From Candidatus Bathyarchaeota archaeon (GTDB lineage Archaea; Thermoproteota; Bathyarchaeia; Bathyarchaeales; Bathycorpusculaceae): DNA of 64,000 nt. The notes under the pieces were generated by a model. The model was not told the origin of the DNA. It made no database searches and saw only the letters and a program-made list of their open reading frames with translations. A program made the translations under genes and the position numbers. Shown in pieces: positions 1 to 9,945 of this stretch (positions are counted from its first letter, which is position 1; every line of letters starts with the position of its first letter). Where the stretch lies: NCBI GenBank assembly GCA_963826715.1, contig CAWGYA010000008.1:512001-576000 (forward strand), given 5' to 3'.

Positions 1-36
1 CATCAAACTGGCGATTTGAACGGAAATCTCATACAT
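1..36 (-). CDS. 5' end of an unknown CDS running off the left edge (MYEISVQIASLM...)
   Basis: ATG at 36-34 on the minus strand, open to the window edge, with AT-rich promoter-like DNA upstream. Confidence 0.3.
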   Translation of the reverse strand, partial: MYEISVQIASLM

Positions 37-199
37 GACCACTCTTTTATGAAGAAATAGTTTGTTATAATTATTTTGATTTAATTTCTTGATGGATAGC
101 GCAGTATTCCTAGAAAATAAGTTATTGCCTTCTCACAACTGTTTGGAGGGAAAAGGTGAAAAGCAACCGCGAATAATACCACCTAAGGAGACATCGAAA

Positions 200-397
200 A
201 TGAGTGATCAACCCAACATAGCAACAATCCAATTAAATGGCGATAAACAAAATTTCATCATTGATAAGAAAGATTTCAAAACAGGCAGTAGAGGATACTA
301 CGGAACAGGCAAGATGGTAGCAGCTGGGAAAAAGTATCAGATAAGCATCCAAGTTGTCGAAATCGGTTCAAAGCCAAAAGAAGAAAATAAAAAGTAG
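200..397 (+). CDS. Small basic beta-rich hypothetical protein (65 aa)
   Basis: AGGAG SD at 186-190, ATG at 200, motif FKTGSRGYYGTGK...YQISIQVVEIGSK, T-rich tract after the stop. Confidence 0.75.
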   Translation: MSDQPNIATIQLNGDKQNFIIDKKDFKTGSRGYYGTGKMVAAGKKYQISIQVVEIGSKPKEENKK

Positions 398-420
398 AAA
401 TTTCTAATTTCTTATTTTAT

Positions 421-897
421 TTATGGCAGCATTGTAGCGGTAATGATTGTAACATCAGTTATGGGTTTATCGCGTGAGTTTTTTTTCACCTTTGCGATTT
501 TGTCAACAACATCCATCCCCGACACAACATTTCCAAAGACAGGATGTTTACCATCTAAGAAATTGTTGTCCACTAAATTGATGAAAAATTGACTGCTCCC
601 TGTATTTGGACCTGCATTTGCCATTGCAATGGTTCCACGTTGATTGCGGTTGCTCCGTGTAAATTCATCAGGTATATTAGGGATGGAGGGATCGCCGTAT
701 CCAGTTCCTGTAGGGTCGCCGCCTTGAATCATAAAGCCATCTATGACACGATGAAAGATTACTCCGTTAAATGTTCCCTTCAGAACAAGGTTTTTGAAAT
801 TATTTGCGGTTATTGGCATGTCACTGCGTAAAGCGATTGTTATGTCGCCCATGTTTGTGTGAAGTAAAACTTTTGTTGGGTTTGTTTGATTAGACAT
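421..897 (-). CDS. Cyclophilin-type peptidyl-prolyl cis-trans isomerase (cytoplasmic)
   Basis: FHRVIDGFMIQGGDP, AMANAGPNTGSSQFFIN and HPVFG cyclophilin motifs. Confidence 0.95.
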   Translation of the reverse strand: MSNQTNPTKVLLHTNMGDITIALRSDMPITANNFKNLVLKGTFNGVIFHRVIDGFMIQGGDPTGTGYGDPSIPNIPDEFTRSNRNQRGTIAMANAGPNTGSSQFFINLVDNNFLDGKHPVFGNVVSGMDVVDKIAKVKKNSRDKPITDVTIITATMLP

Positions 898-1200
898 AGT
901 TTTGACCAGATTAGAAATGTATAGTATATGCCCTATTAGGGTTATTGTTAACCATCAAAATTAAGCAAGGGAAAAATATTTTTTCAAGAGAGCAACTCAT
1001 GGATCAGGTCGTTTAGTCGGGGTAAGCATTTAGTTTAAGAGTTCAAACAGCCAACACAATCGGAAAAAGAAGAAGAATCAACCCCCCACCAAGTCATTTC
1101 TTCTATTAAAGAGAAAAATTTTCCTTGCCCAAGTCTAATTTTGTCCTGATAACAACCAAAAAAACAGAAAAACAAATAATTCTGGGAGTTAGTCGTTGTT

Positions 1201-1902
1201 TTACGACAAAACTTTTGCCCCGATTATAGGAACTGCCTGCAATGGAGCATCGTTTGAGTCAGTAGGCAAATGCGCAATCGCCATAACTACATCCATACCT
1301 GACACCACTTTGCCGAAAGATACATAGCTATTGTCAAAAGCGGTGCTATTATTGTTCGCGACATTGATGAAGAATTGGCTACTTCCACTGTTCGGTGCAC
1401 CTGTATTAGCCATGGAAATGGTTCCATTATAGTTGTGATTAGTTGTTGTAAACTCATCTTGAATGTTAGGAACATTAGGGTCGCTTAATCCATTTTCAGC
1501 AGGTTGTCCCCCTTGAATCATAAAGCCATCGATTATCCGATGAAACGCACTACCATTATATGTTCCTTGATTTGCAAGTTTTATGAAGTTACCAGTCGTT
1601 ATAGGCATATCATTACGTAAAGCTATGGTTATGTCGCCAAAAGAAGTACGTAAAAGAACTTGGGTTGCTCCAGAATATGGATCCGCAGAAGCAGGTATCT
1701 TGGTTGGAGTCGGGGACGGCGTCGGGGTTGCCACACTACTTGATGGGTTCCAGGTTGGGTTAAGAGAAGCTATGACGCCGAAAACTATTACAATAACTAA
1801 AATAACGGCCAACGCTATCCAAACTGATTTGTTACGTTGCCGCGTCTGCAACTTTCCGGTTTTTACCGATTTCTTGTGTGATTTTCGATTTCTAGGCGCC
1901 AT
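1201..1902 (-). CDS. Membrane-anchored cyclophilin PPIase
   Basis: Basic N-terminus, one TM helix, S/T/P linker, then FHRIIDGFMIQGG and SMANTGAPNSGSSQFFIN. Confidence 0.93.
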   Translation of the reverse strand: MAPRNRKSHKKSVKTGKLQTRQRNKSVWIALAVILVIVIVFGVIASLNPTWNPSSSVATPTPSPTPTKIPASADPYSGATQVLLRTSFGDITIALRNDMPITTGNFIKLANQGTYNGSAFHRIIDGFMIQGGQPAENGLSDPNVPNIQDEFTTTNHNYNGTISMANTGAPNSGSSQFFINVANNNSTAFDNSYVSFGKVVSGMDVVMAIAHLPTDSNDAPLQAVPIIGAKVLS

Positions 1903-2154
1903 GCCCTTGTAGTCTTCAGCTCTTCATATAAAATTTTTCTTTTCTAGACATAAAACCTCCTCAGCCAGAAAAGTGCAGGTTTTCAAAAATCATGTCTAAT
2001 TAAAAAAGGCGAAAGAAAAATAGAGTTTTCTTTTCCAACCCAAGATTAAACGGTGAAACATAAATAAACAAATCTGCATTAAGCAGAAAAATAAAGCATT
2101 GGATAATTCTTAAATCATTAAACAGCATCACAAACAGTTAAAGGTGTAAAAAAT

Positions 2155-3087
2155 TTGGCACAACCAACTTTCAAAACAGTTTTCGTTTTTTTAGACACAG
2201 ACAAATACTGCAGCCCATTTGACATGCTCGTCGCCATCGATGCATTCCCCGACTCGATGATATTCAAGTACGAAAATGTCACAAGCGAGGATGCACCAAA
2301 AATAGTCTTTGACCTCCTATTCCCACGAGGACCTCTCGGAGCAGCCCATACCAAAGTCTTCATCAACGGCAGCAACTTTGAAGAAGTCGAAAAAGTCGTG
2401 GCAGCAACACAGAAAGCAATGAAATCCGCACCATGGGGGAACAGCATCATTGTTGACCCAAGGGGTGGATATAGCACAGCAGCAGCAGCAGTCGCCAAAA
2501 CCTTCGGCGCATCTAAAGAAAAGGGACTGGGTGAACTGAAAGGGAAAAAAATCACTGTGTTAGCAGGCACAGGTCCAGTAGGACAAACTGCAGCAAGAAT
2601 TTATGCTTCAGAGGAAGCAGATGTCACTATCACCAGCCGTTCTTTAACTAAGGGACAAGTAATCGCTGACAAAATTAACGCTGAATGCGGTGCCGCCCGG
2701 GTCAAAGTCGTCGAAGTCAACAAACCAGAGCAGACATCCGCAGCAGTCAAAGATGCTGAAATCATCCTTGCCGCAGGCGCAGGAGGCATCCAGTTGCTTA
2801 GCAAAACTGATCTAGAAACTGCAACCAAATGTAAAATTGTCGCAGACATTAATGCCATTAAGCCGCTTGGTGTTGAAGGTTTAGGACCCAACGACGACAG
2901 CATCACACTAAAGACAAGCACATGGGGAATCGGGGCTTTGGCCATCGGCAAACTAAAAATTAAAACCGAGACCGAAATGATAAAGCGTGCAACCGCTGAA
3001 CCACAGGGACTATTCGACTACGAAATCGCCTACACTATCGCAAAAGAAGCCATCCTTAAGAAACTCGCAAAAGCAGCTGCCAAATAA
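2155..3087 (+). CDS. NAD(P)-dependent methylene-tetrahydromethanopterin dehydrogenase (MtdA/B/C type)
   Basis: SPFD...AIDA, FPRG, DPRGGYSTAAAAV, Rossmann motif AGTGPVG, DINAIKPLGVEG and GIGALAIGKLK, typical of the MtdA/MtdB family. Confidence 0.85.
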   Translation: MAQPTFKTVFVFLDTDKYCSPFDMLVAIDAFPDSMIFKYENVTSEDAPKIVFDLLFPRGPLGAAHTKVFINGSNFEEVEKVVAATQKAMKSAPWGNSIIVDPRGGYSTAAAAVAKTFGASKEKGLGELKGKKITVLAGTGPVGQTAARIYASEEADVTITSRSLTKGQVIADKINAECGAARVKVVEVNKPEQTSAAVKDAEIILAAGAGGIQLLSKTDLETATKCKIVADINAIKPLGVEGLGPNDDSITLKTSTWGIGALAIGKLKIKTETEMIKRATAEPQGLFDYEIAYTIAKEAILKKLAKAAAK

Positions 3088-3264
3088 CGCAGCCAAACTC
3101 TTTATCTTTTCTTTTTAGCCAACACTCCAGTTAAACAAGCTACACAGGAAGATAACACGTAAAAGAATCTCGGCGCTCCAACACGAAAAATCCAAATTTC
3201 AGCATTTGACAAAATGCCTGCAACCTAAGGACTATAATATTTCATCATATCTAATCAATTCTTT

Positions 3265-3975
3265 ATGCGCAAAATTAAAGCCCAAAGCAACTATCTCAAA
3301 AACCAAACTTTAAAAAACTTAGTTAAGGCTGCACTTTGCCTACTGATTTTCGGCACTGTTTTTTTGGGATTATCTATACGAATTATCTATACCAAGCACG
3401 CAGGTGTATTCGAGGCAGCAGGACTGATTTTCCTTCTCTCCCCGCTTATCGCAAGTTACTTTTACCTGCGCAAGTACCACATCTTCCGCGGCGGTTGGGA
3501 AGGCGAAAAACAAGTCGCATCGTACCTCAACAACGCCTTAAACGATGATTATTACCTGATAAACGACCTTTATCTTCAAGGCGGCGAAGGAGACATTGAC
3601 CACGTGGTTTTAGCCCCAAACGGAGTGTTTGTTTTGGAGACCAAAAATTGGCGAGGCAGTATAAGCTGCAATGACGACGAATGGCAACGAAATGGGAAAC
3701 GAACTCCAAGCCCCAGCCGTCAAGTTAAACGTAACGCTACAAAGGTAAAACGTATAATCGACACTTCGGCAAACCTGAGACTTTCTGGGATTTGGGTCAA
3801 AGGCATAGTGGTTTTCACTAACAGACATGCCAACTTTCACTTAAACAGCCCCACTGTACCAAGCCTAAAACTCGAACAGCTGCCAAACTTTTTAACCACA
3901 CACAAAAGCAAACACCAATTAAGCCGTAGTGAACTCGAAACCATCGGTAAAGAAATTACAAAGCAAAAATCGTAG
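3265..3975 (+). CDS. Membrane-anchored NERD (PD-(D/E)XK-like nuclease-related) domain protein
   Basis: Two TM helices, then GWEGE, DIDHVV, VLETKNW and SPSRQ NERD motifs. Confidence 0.85.
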   Translation: MRKIKAQSNYLKNQTLKNLVKAALCLLIFGTVFLGLSIRIIYTKHAGVFEAAGLIFLLSPLIASYFYLRKYHIFRGGWEGEKQVASYLNNALNDDYYLINDLYLQGGEGDIDHVVLAPNGVFVLETKNWRGSISCNDDEWQRNGKRTPSPSRQVKRNATKVKRIIDTSANLRLSGIWVKGIVVFTNRHANFHLNSPTVPSLKLEQLPNFLTTHKSKHQLSRSELETIGKEITKQKS

Positions 3976-3985
3976 AAGGTTTCCG

Positions 3986-4663
3986 TTATGGAGAAGTGAT
4001 GTTGAGCCATGCTTTACGTTTTACGAGAGCAAATGAAGTTATGCTGGTTATGAAAAGGCTCACTATAACAAAGGAGTTAGGTATAGCCCTCTCGCTATAC
4101 TGCAGCGTAGAGAAGAGAATCGAGAGGCTACAATACATGGCAAATCCACCTAATACTAATTGGAGAAGATGAAGAGTTTTTCTGCCCCGACACGCTTGCG
4201 CCTTTATCCAATTTAAAATTGACGCCACATGTTTGGAAACATCAGGCAAATCATCAAGAAACAGAGCTAAACCCGCCAAGAAGAACACCCGACCAGCGTT
4301 AACAGAAACTGTGCTGTTATCGACAAAGAAGAGGTTAGGCAACGGAATAGGAGTAAATGCCATCACAAAAGCTGAAGATGAAGCCAGAACAAAAAAGCCA
4401 TAGACGTAGTGATGAAAAAGGAATCTTCCAGTATGCAGAGCACGCCCAATAGCAGCACTTGGAAAAATGTTAACGATCCCCGCGGCCAATGCCAACCAAA
4501 AGACATTTCCGTTAATTAGGAATGGCGTATATGGCTGCCAGTAGGGGTATGCTTGGTAGTAACCATAGATTATCCCCGCAACGCATGCTACCGAGATAAG
4601 CGCGTTAAAAACTAACGCTATGCTGAAAGTTTTCTTCAATATTACCCAGATGGAAGTAGCCAT
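3986..4663 (-). CDS. Hypothetical multi-pass membrane protein
   Basis: About 6 hydrophobic segments, with FHHYVYG and FLDDLPD motifs. Confidence 0.7.
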   Translation of the reverse strand: MATSIWVILKKTFSIALVFNALISVACVAGIIYGYYQAYPYWQPYTPFLINGNVFWLALAAGIVNIFPSAAIGRALHTGRFLFHHYVYGFFVLASSSAFVMAFTPIPLPNLFFVDNSTVSVNAGRVFFLAGLALFLDDLPDVSKHVASILNWIKAQACRGRKTLHLLQLVLGGFAMYCSLSILFSTLQYSERAIPNSFVIVSLFITSITSFALVKRKAWLNITSP

Positions 4664-4979
4664 TTTACGCCATGCCCTAACTGAGTCAATTCAACTAATT
4701 TAATACATGGTTTGTTTGCCTAGTTTTTATAAGTAACGCATATAGAGGAAATAAACAAGCAACAATCAGATTATCAATTGCTCAAAGTTAGAGTCTTACA
4801 AGTAACTACCGTTTTAACTCTACTCTGCCCATTCATCAACTATTTTAATTGAGAGCCCGAACGAAAAATCAATCAGCCACAAAACCCAATAAACCACTCA
4901 AGACACCAAAAAGTGAAGATTCTTTTGCTAGCGTTATTTATCAACTTGTCTACTCATAATACAATTGGGAGGTTAAGAA

Positions 4980-5810
4980 ATGAATACTACCGTTGACTGG
5001 CAACAGGTCTTATCCGAATGCAGCATCAACATACAAAACGCCATTAAACCCTGCCTAAAAACCGTTCGGGAGCCACATCAAAATCTAGGCACAGGAGCAG
5101 GTGGCGACCTTATGAAACCGGTGGATTTAGCTGCCGAAAACGCCATTGTAAAGACACTCCAAATTCACAATATTTCTTTCACTCTTATCAGTGAGGAATC
5201 AGGCATCAAAAAAATCGGCGATTCGCCCGACGAATGCTTTGTTTGCGTTGACCCAATCGACGGGACAACCAATCTAACCCATGGCTTACCATTCTACGCT
5301 TCCTCTATCGCAATTTCAGATAAACCTCAACTTTCCGCCGTCTATGCGGGGATTGTCACCGATTTAGCTCACGATAGCACATACCTGGCTTTTCGAGGAA
5401 AAGGTGCCTTCAACAACGGTGAACACATTCAAACATCCAAAACAAAAGCCCTAGATGAAGCTGTTTTAGGCTTAGACATAAATACCTATAAAATAAAAGC
5501 TGACATAGCAACTTTTACCTCTTTTATACACAACACAAGGCATACGCGGCACTTCGGCGCCAACGCCCTTGAAATCTGTTATGTGGCTTCAGGATTAACA
5601 GACGGTTTCATAGATTTACGTGGGAAAATCCGTACTACGGATGTGGCAGCCGGTTTCCTCATCTTGAAAGAGGCAGGAGGAGTCATCACGGATGCCTCTA
5701 ACAAACCAATTAATGTACCCTTGGACCCCAAACAAACACTCAATTTTGTTGCTTCGAATAACATAGAAATTCATGAACAAATCATGAGCCTGATAAAACC
5801 TAATGTTTAA
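4980..5810 (+). CDS. suhB: Fructose-1,6-bisphosphatase/inositol-1-monophosphatase
   Basis: SEESG, DPIDGTTN and RTTDVAAG motifs; GGAGG SD. Confidence 0.9.
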   Translation: MNTTVDWQQVLSECSINIQNAIKPCLKTVREPHQNLGTGAGGDLMKPVDLAAENAIVKTLQIHNISFTLISEESGIKKIGDSPDECFVCVDPIDGTTNLTHGLPFYASSIAISDKPQLSAVYAGIVTDLAHDSTYLAFRGKGAFNNGEHIQTSKTKALDEAVLGLDINTYKIKADIATFTSFIHNTRHTRHFGANALEICYVASGLTDGFIDLRGKIRTTDVAAGFLILKEAGGVITDASNKPINVPLDPKQTLNFVASNNIEIHEQIMSLIKPNV

Positions 5811-6645
5811 TATGCTTCTGCCTCACCCTGCAGCGCTCGTGAAAACCCTAAAAACCAGGACTCTCCTCATCGCTGACCCACATATCGGCTGGGAAATAGA
5901 GCTGCAGCAAAAAGGTATCCATGTACCAAGTCAAACCAACAAAATTTTTTCTAAATTAACATCTATCTTAAGCAAATACACGCCCAACCGTCTTATCATC
6001 TTAGGAGACGTAAAATATACAGTGGTTTCCAGCCAGCGAGCTGAATGGCAAGACATCCCGGAATTCTTTAAGAACCTTAAACATTATGTCACTGACATAG
6101 CCATTGTTAGAGGCAACCATGACGCAAACATTCAGCCACTATTACCAGAAGACATACAGTTGCTACCAGCAACTGGCGAAGTTATTGGCGACGTTGGCGT
6201 TTTCCATGGACACAAATGGCCCTCACCACGACTATTGCGTTGCAAGACCTTGGTGATGGGGCATCTACATCCAACAGTGGTTTTCCATGACCCAACCGGT
6301 TGTAGAATCACAAAACAGGTTTGGCTGAGAGCAAATGTTGACGGCAAAGAACTTGCACAGGTATTATTGCGCAAAAATAACGTAAAAATTGTTGACTCAG
6401 TTGAGCAAACGTTGGAACAACATTACAATATCAAGCTTAAAACATCAGAAATCTACATTATGCCCAGCTTCAATGATTTCCTGGGCGGCAAACCCATAAA
6501 TGAAACCCGAAAAAGAAAACAGTCAGATACTGAATCGTTGATGGGACCTGTGTTGCGGTCGGCAGCAGTTGAAATGAAAGAGTCGGAACTATATTTATTA
6601 GACGGCACTTACTTAGGAAAACTAGATCAGCTCAAGTATTTGTGA
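5803..6645 (+). CDS. Calcineurin-like metallophosphoesterase
   Basis: ADPHIG, GDVK, GNHD, HGH and GHLHP motifs. Confidence 0.88.
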   Translation: MFNMLLPHPAALVKTLKTRTLLIADPHIGWEIELQQKGIHVPSQTNKIFSKLTSILSKYTPNRLIILGDVKYTVVSSQRAEWQDIPEFFKNLKHYVTDIAIVRGNHDANIQPLLPEDIQLLPATGEVIGDVGVFHGHKWPSPRLLRCKTLVMGHLHPTVVFHDPTGCRITKQVWLRANVDGKELAQVLLRKNNVKIVDSVEQTLEQHYNIKLKTSEIYIMPSFNDFLGGKPINETRKRKQSDTESLMGPVLRSAAVEMKESELYLLDGTYLGKLDQLKYL

Positions 6646-6680
6646 TTACGACTTGCCGGGCTAACTCTTATATTTGCTAC

Positions 6681-6698
6681 ATGTTATATGCCTAACAT
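6681..6698. promoter_or_regulatory. Palindrome ATGTTA-N6-TAACAT just downstream of a TATA box; candidate autoregulatory operator of the RHH gene
   Basis: Perfect 6-bp arms located between TTATAT (6668-6673) and the ATG at 6719. Confidence 0.5.
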
Positions 6699-6718
6699 AG
6701 TTTGGGAGAGAAAATAAA

Positions 6719-6874
6719 ATGAAGCTTGTAACAGTCCTCTTGCCAGAGGCGTATTTGGAAGGTCTAGATGAATTAGTGCGGGCAAACATGTACCCCAGCC
6801 GAAGCAGCGTCATCCGAAGCGCGGTACGCGACCTGCTAAAGAAGGAACTCTGGGAAAACAAACGCGGCAGATAA
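6719..6874 (+). CDS. Ribbon-helix-helix protein, CdrS/aCcr1-like (51 aa; not in ORF track)
   Basis: MKLVTVLLPEAYLEGLDELVRANMYPSRSSVIRSAVRDLLKKELWENKRGR; GGGAG SD; DELV...Y.SRS.VIR.A...KELW pattern. Confidence 0.9.
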   Translation: MKLVTVLLPEAYLEGLDELVRANMYPSRSSVIRSAVRDLLKKELWENKRGR

Positions 6875-6878
6875 ACCG

Positions 6879-7646
6879 TTAAACTCGTCTTATTTGAGCG
6901 CATAGCCGCATAGCGGCTTCCGCAGGATCCTCGGCCATAGTGATTTCCCTGCCCACGATAAGGTAATTGGCACCTGCCTTAACTGCAACTTCTGCCCCCC
7001 CGCCTTGGACACCCACACCTGGCGAGTATATTGCGGCTTTATCCATTAGAATCTGTTTAATCTCTGAGATTTTTTCGGGTTGTGTTGCACCAACCACAAC
7101 ACCATCAGCACCCCATTGCACAGCCTTTTTGGCAAAAGCAATGTATTGAGGCATTTGTAGACCAGTAATGGGATCAATCACAGTTTGTCCGTAACCTTCA
7201 CTAGCACCTTTATGACTCATGTAAGTAAGCAAAATAACACCTCGATTGAGGCGTTTTGAGACATCAAAGAGTGGTTTTAAGCCTTCTTCCCAACCCACAA
7301 ATGGATTTGCTATAATAGCATCAAAACCCGCCGCATAGTAGTATTCAGCAATGACCTGGTTAGTTGCGCCAATATCATTAACTTTGGCATCCATAATCGC
7401 TAGCATTCCTTGCCCACGAATTTGCTCCACAAGGTATTGGACGCCATCAAAAGTCCCCAACGGCAACGTGAGATGATGGTTGATTTTTACTGCGCAAATA
7501 TAAGGGTGAACAGCTTTGAGGATTTTCTGTGCTTTAATAAGGATGTTGTTGCGATTTTCAGCAGACTCAAAAGGAAAATCTAAGGCTAAGATGAGGGGGG
7601 AGTTTTTGCTTTTGGCGGATTCCTGCATTTTACCTTTAAACGACAC
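6879..7646 (-). CDS. pyrF: Orotidine 5'-phosphate decarboxylase
   Basis: LILALD, DAKVNDIGAT, SPGVGVQGG and IVGR motifs. Confidence 0.95.
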   Translation of the reverse strand: MSFKGKMQESAKSKNSPLILALDFPFESAENRNNILIKAQKILKAVHPYICAVKINHHLTLPLGTFDGVQYLVEQIRGQGMLAIMDAKVNDIGATNQVIAEYYYAAGFDAIIANPFVGWEEGLKPLFDVSKRLNRGVILLTYMSHKGASEGYGQTVIDPITGLQMPQYIAFAKKAVQWGADGVVVGATQPEKISEIKQILMDKAAIYSPGVGVQGGGAEVAVKAGANYLIVGREITMAEDPAEAAMRLCAQIRRV

Positions 7647-7786
7647 AGTTTCTTTCTCCAGTGAATAGCAATTGTGTTTATCGCTGAATTAGCATTTAAA
7701 CCTTCAATCCATACACGAAACTTAAAATTTTGCCCCTCCAATTGGCGTATAACAACAGGTAACACTTAACAAAACGAGGCGGAAAA

Positions 7787-9706
7787 ATGAAGCAAACTCT
7801 AGCCCAAAAAATCTTGGCTAAACATCTAATCGAAGGCAATATCGAGGCGGGCGAAGAAATCGCCATCAAAATCGACCATACTTTAACCCAAGACAGTACG
7901 GGGACCTTAGCATATCTCGAATTTGAAGCTATGGGCGTGCCTAAAGTCAAAACTGAACTCAGCGTTAGCTTCGTCGATCATAATATGCTACAAAACGATT
8001 TCAGAAACGCCGATGATCATCGCTATCTCCAGAGTGTCGCCGCTAAGTACGGCATACTCTTTTCACGTCCAGGAAACGGCATCTGCCACCAGCTTTACCT
8101 TGAACGCTTTGCCCGACCAAGCAAGACACTTTTGGGCAGTGACAGCCACACCCCAACCGCAGGAGGCATGGGCATGATAGCCATTGGCGCTGGAGGCTTA
8201 GATGTTGCAGCCGCTATGGCCGGTGAACCATTCTATCTACAAATGCCTAAAGTCGTCGGTATAAAACTCACTGGAAAGCTGCAGCCATTTGTCTCAGCTA
8301 AAGATGCGATACTACAAATTTTAAAAATACTCACCGTGAAGGGTGGAGTCAACAAAATCCTCGAGTATTATGGTCCAGGTGTAGAAACGCTTAGTGTGCC
8401 AGAACGTGGCACAATCACCAATATGGGAACTGAAACAGGCTGTACCACCTCAATTTTCCCCTCGGACAAAACTACAATGGAATTTTTGAAAAGTCAGCAA
8501 CGTGTAGAACAGTGGCTTGAGCTCAAAGCAGACGATGATGCAGAGTACGATGAAACCCTTGAAATCGATCTTTCCAAAGTGGAACCTCTAATCGCATTAC
8601 CCCACAGCCCAGATAACGTCAGAACCGTAGCAGAGATAGAGGGAACACCAGTGGACCAAGTTTGTATTGGCAGCTGTACTAACTCTTCGCTCAGGGACCT
8701 TAAAATCGTCTCAGCACTGTTGAAAAACAAGAGAATTGCTGTAAATATTAGCTTGACAGTCTCTGCCGGTTCAAGACAAGCGATGGTGAATTTGGCTTCA
8801 ATGGGAGAATTAGAGCCACTAATTCAGTCAGGCGCCAGAATCCTCGAAAATGCCTGCGGACCGTGCATAGGCATTGGTCAAGCGCCCACTACAGGCGCAG
8901 TTTCCTTGCGCACGTTTAATCGCAACTTCAAAGGACGCAGTGGAACACAGGATGCCCAGGTTTATCTTGTCAGCCCCGAAACCGCAGTTGCTGCAGCTTT
9001 AACAGGAAAAATTACGGATCCACGTAAACTTGGTAACTACCCAGAAATCAACATACCCGACCGGTTCATTCTAAGCGATTCCATGTTTATCCAACCAACC
9101 CAATGTGCATCTTCAGCGGTAATTATGGGTCCAAACATTAAGCCTCTACCAACTTTTGCTCCATTACCGAAGAAACTCGACGGTGAGGTGCTTTTAAAAA
9201 CCGGTGATAACATATCAACCGATGACATCTTACCAGGAGGTAGCGAAATTATGTCATTACGCAGCAATATACCCCAAATCAGTACCTACACTTTTTGTCA
9301 TGTGGACAAAACCTTCGCTTCTCGAGCTATACAGAAGGGTGGTGGATTCATTGTCGGTGGTGAAAACTATGGACAAGGCAGCAGTCGGGAACATGCAGCA
9401 CTTGCACCGAAATATCTCGGGGTTAAAGCTATCATCGCCAAATCTTTCGCTCGAATTCACTTGGCCAATCTTGTGAATTTTGGAATTTTGCCATTGACTT
9501 TTGCCAATAAAAATGACTATGACTGCATTTCTTTGGGCGATGTGTTAGAACTTGAAGTTGATAATTTTAAAAAGACACTAGTGGCTATTAATAAAACCAA
9601 AGGCACAAAAATACAGGTAAATCTAAACCTCAATACTATAGAACGAGAGATAGTTTTTGCAGGCGGTAAATTAGCAGCCATAAAAGCAAAACAAATCAAA
9701 AAATAG
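7787..9706 (+). CDS. Aconitate hydratase (single-chain, about 640-aa type)
   Basis: DSHT, GSCTNS, ACGPCIG, NRNF and GQGSSREHA motifs. Confidence 0.92.
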   Translation: MKQTLAQKILAKHLIEGNIEAGEEIAIKIDHTLTQDSTGTLAYLEFEAMGVPKVKTELSVSFVDHNMLQNDFRNADDHRYLQSVAAKYGILFSRPGNGICHQLYLERFARPSKTLLGSDSHTPTAGGMGMIAIGAGGLDVAAAMAGEPFYLQMPKVVGIKLTGKLQPFVSAKDAILQILKILTVKGGVNKILEYYGPGVETLSVPERGTITNMGTETGCTTSIFPSDKTTMEFLKSQQRVEQWLELKADDDAEYDETLEIDLSKVEPLIALPHSPDNVRTVAEIEGTPVDQVCIGSCTNSSLRDLKIVSALLKNKRIAVNISLTVSAGSRQAMVNLASMGELEPLIQSGARILENACGPCIGIGQAPTTGAVSLRTFNRNFKGRSGTQDAQVYLVSPETAVAAALTGKITDPRKLGNYPEINIPDRFILSDSMFIQPTQCASSAVIMGPNIKPLPTFAPLPKKLDGEVLLKTGDNISTDDILPGGSEIMSLRSNIPQISTYTFCHVDKTFASRAIQKGGGFIVGGENYGQGSSREHAALAPKYLGVKAIIAKSFARIHLANLVNFGILPLTFANKNDYDCISLGDVLELEVDNFKKTLVAINKTKGTKIQVNLNLNTIEREIVFAGGKLAAIKAKQIKK

Positions 9707-9945
9707 AGGTAACATCCCAGCCCGAAGTTTCTACAGCCCATTTTGAAGCTTTCTAATCCCCAATTTCGCAAGTTTGAGGAACTGTAAATTTCGTATTTTC
9801 CATATCGTAAGTTCTTCATAGCAATGCGACTAAAACGAAAGAGCCAAAATGGATCATCCGTAAAAAACTGAATTAAGTTATGTAAGCCCTTAATTGCACT
9901 CTTTTTCTAATAACACTTAAGTCAGTGTTGCTAAAAATTGGAGAA

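Noticed and set aside
965-1128. GCAAGG(G)AAAA...TTTTCCTTGC inverted ends suggesting a MITE
   Set aside because: The match is short and gapped, with no target-site duplication or second copy seen.
9715-9780. Degenerate tandem repeats (CAGCCC...GAAG.TTTCTA) after the aconitase gene
   Set aside because: Only two to three poorly matching units; compatible with chance or a local duplication.
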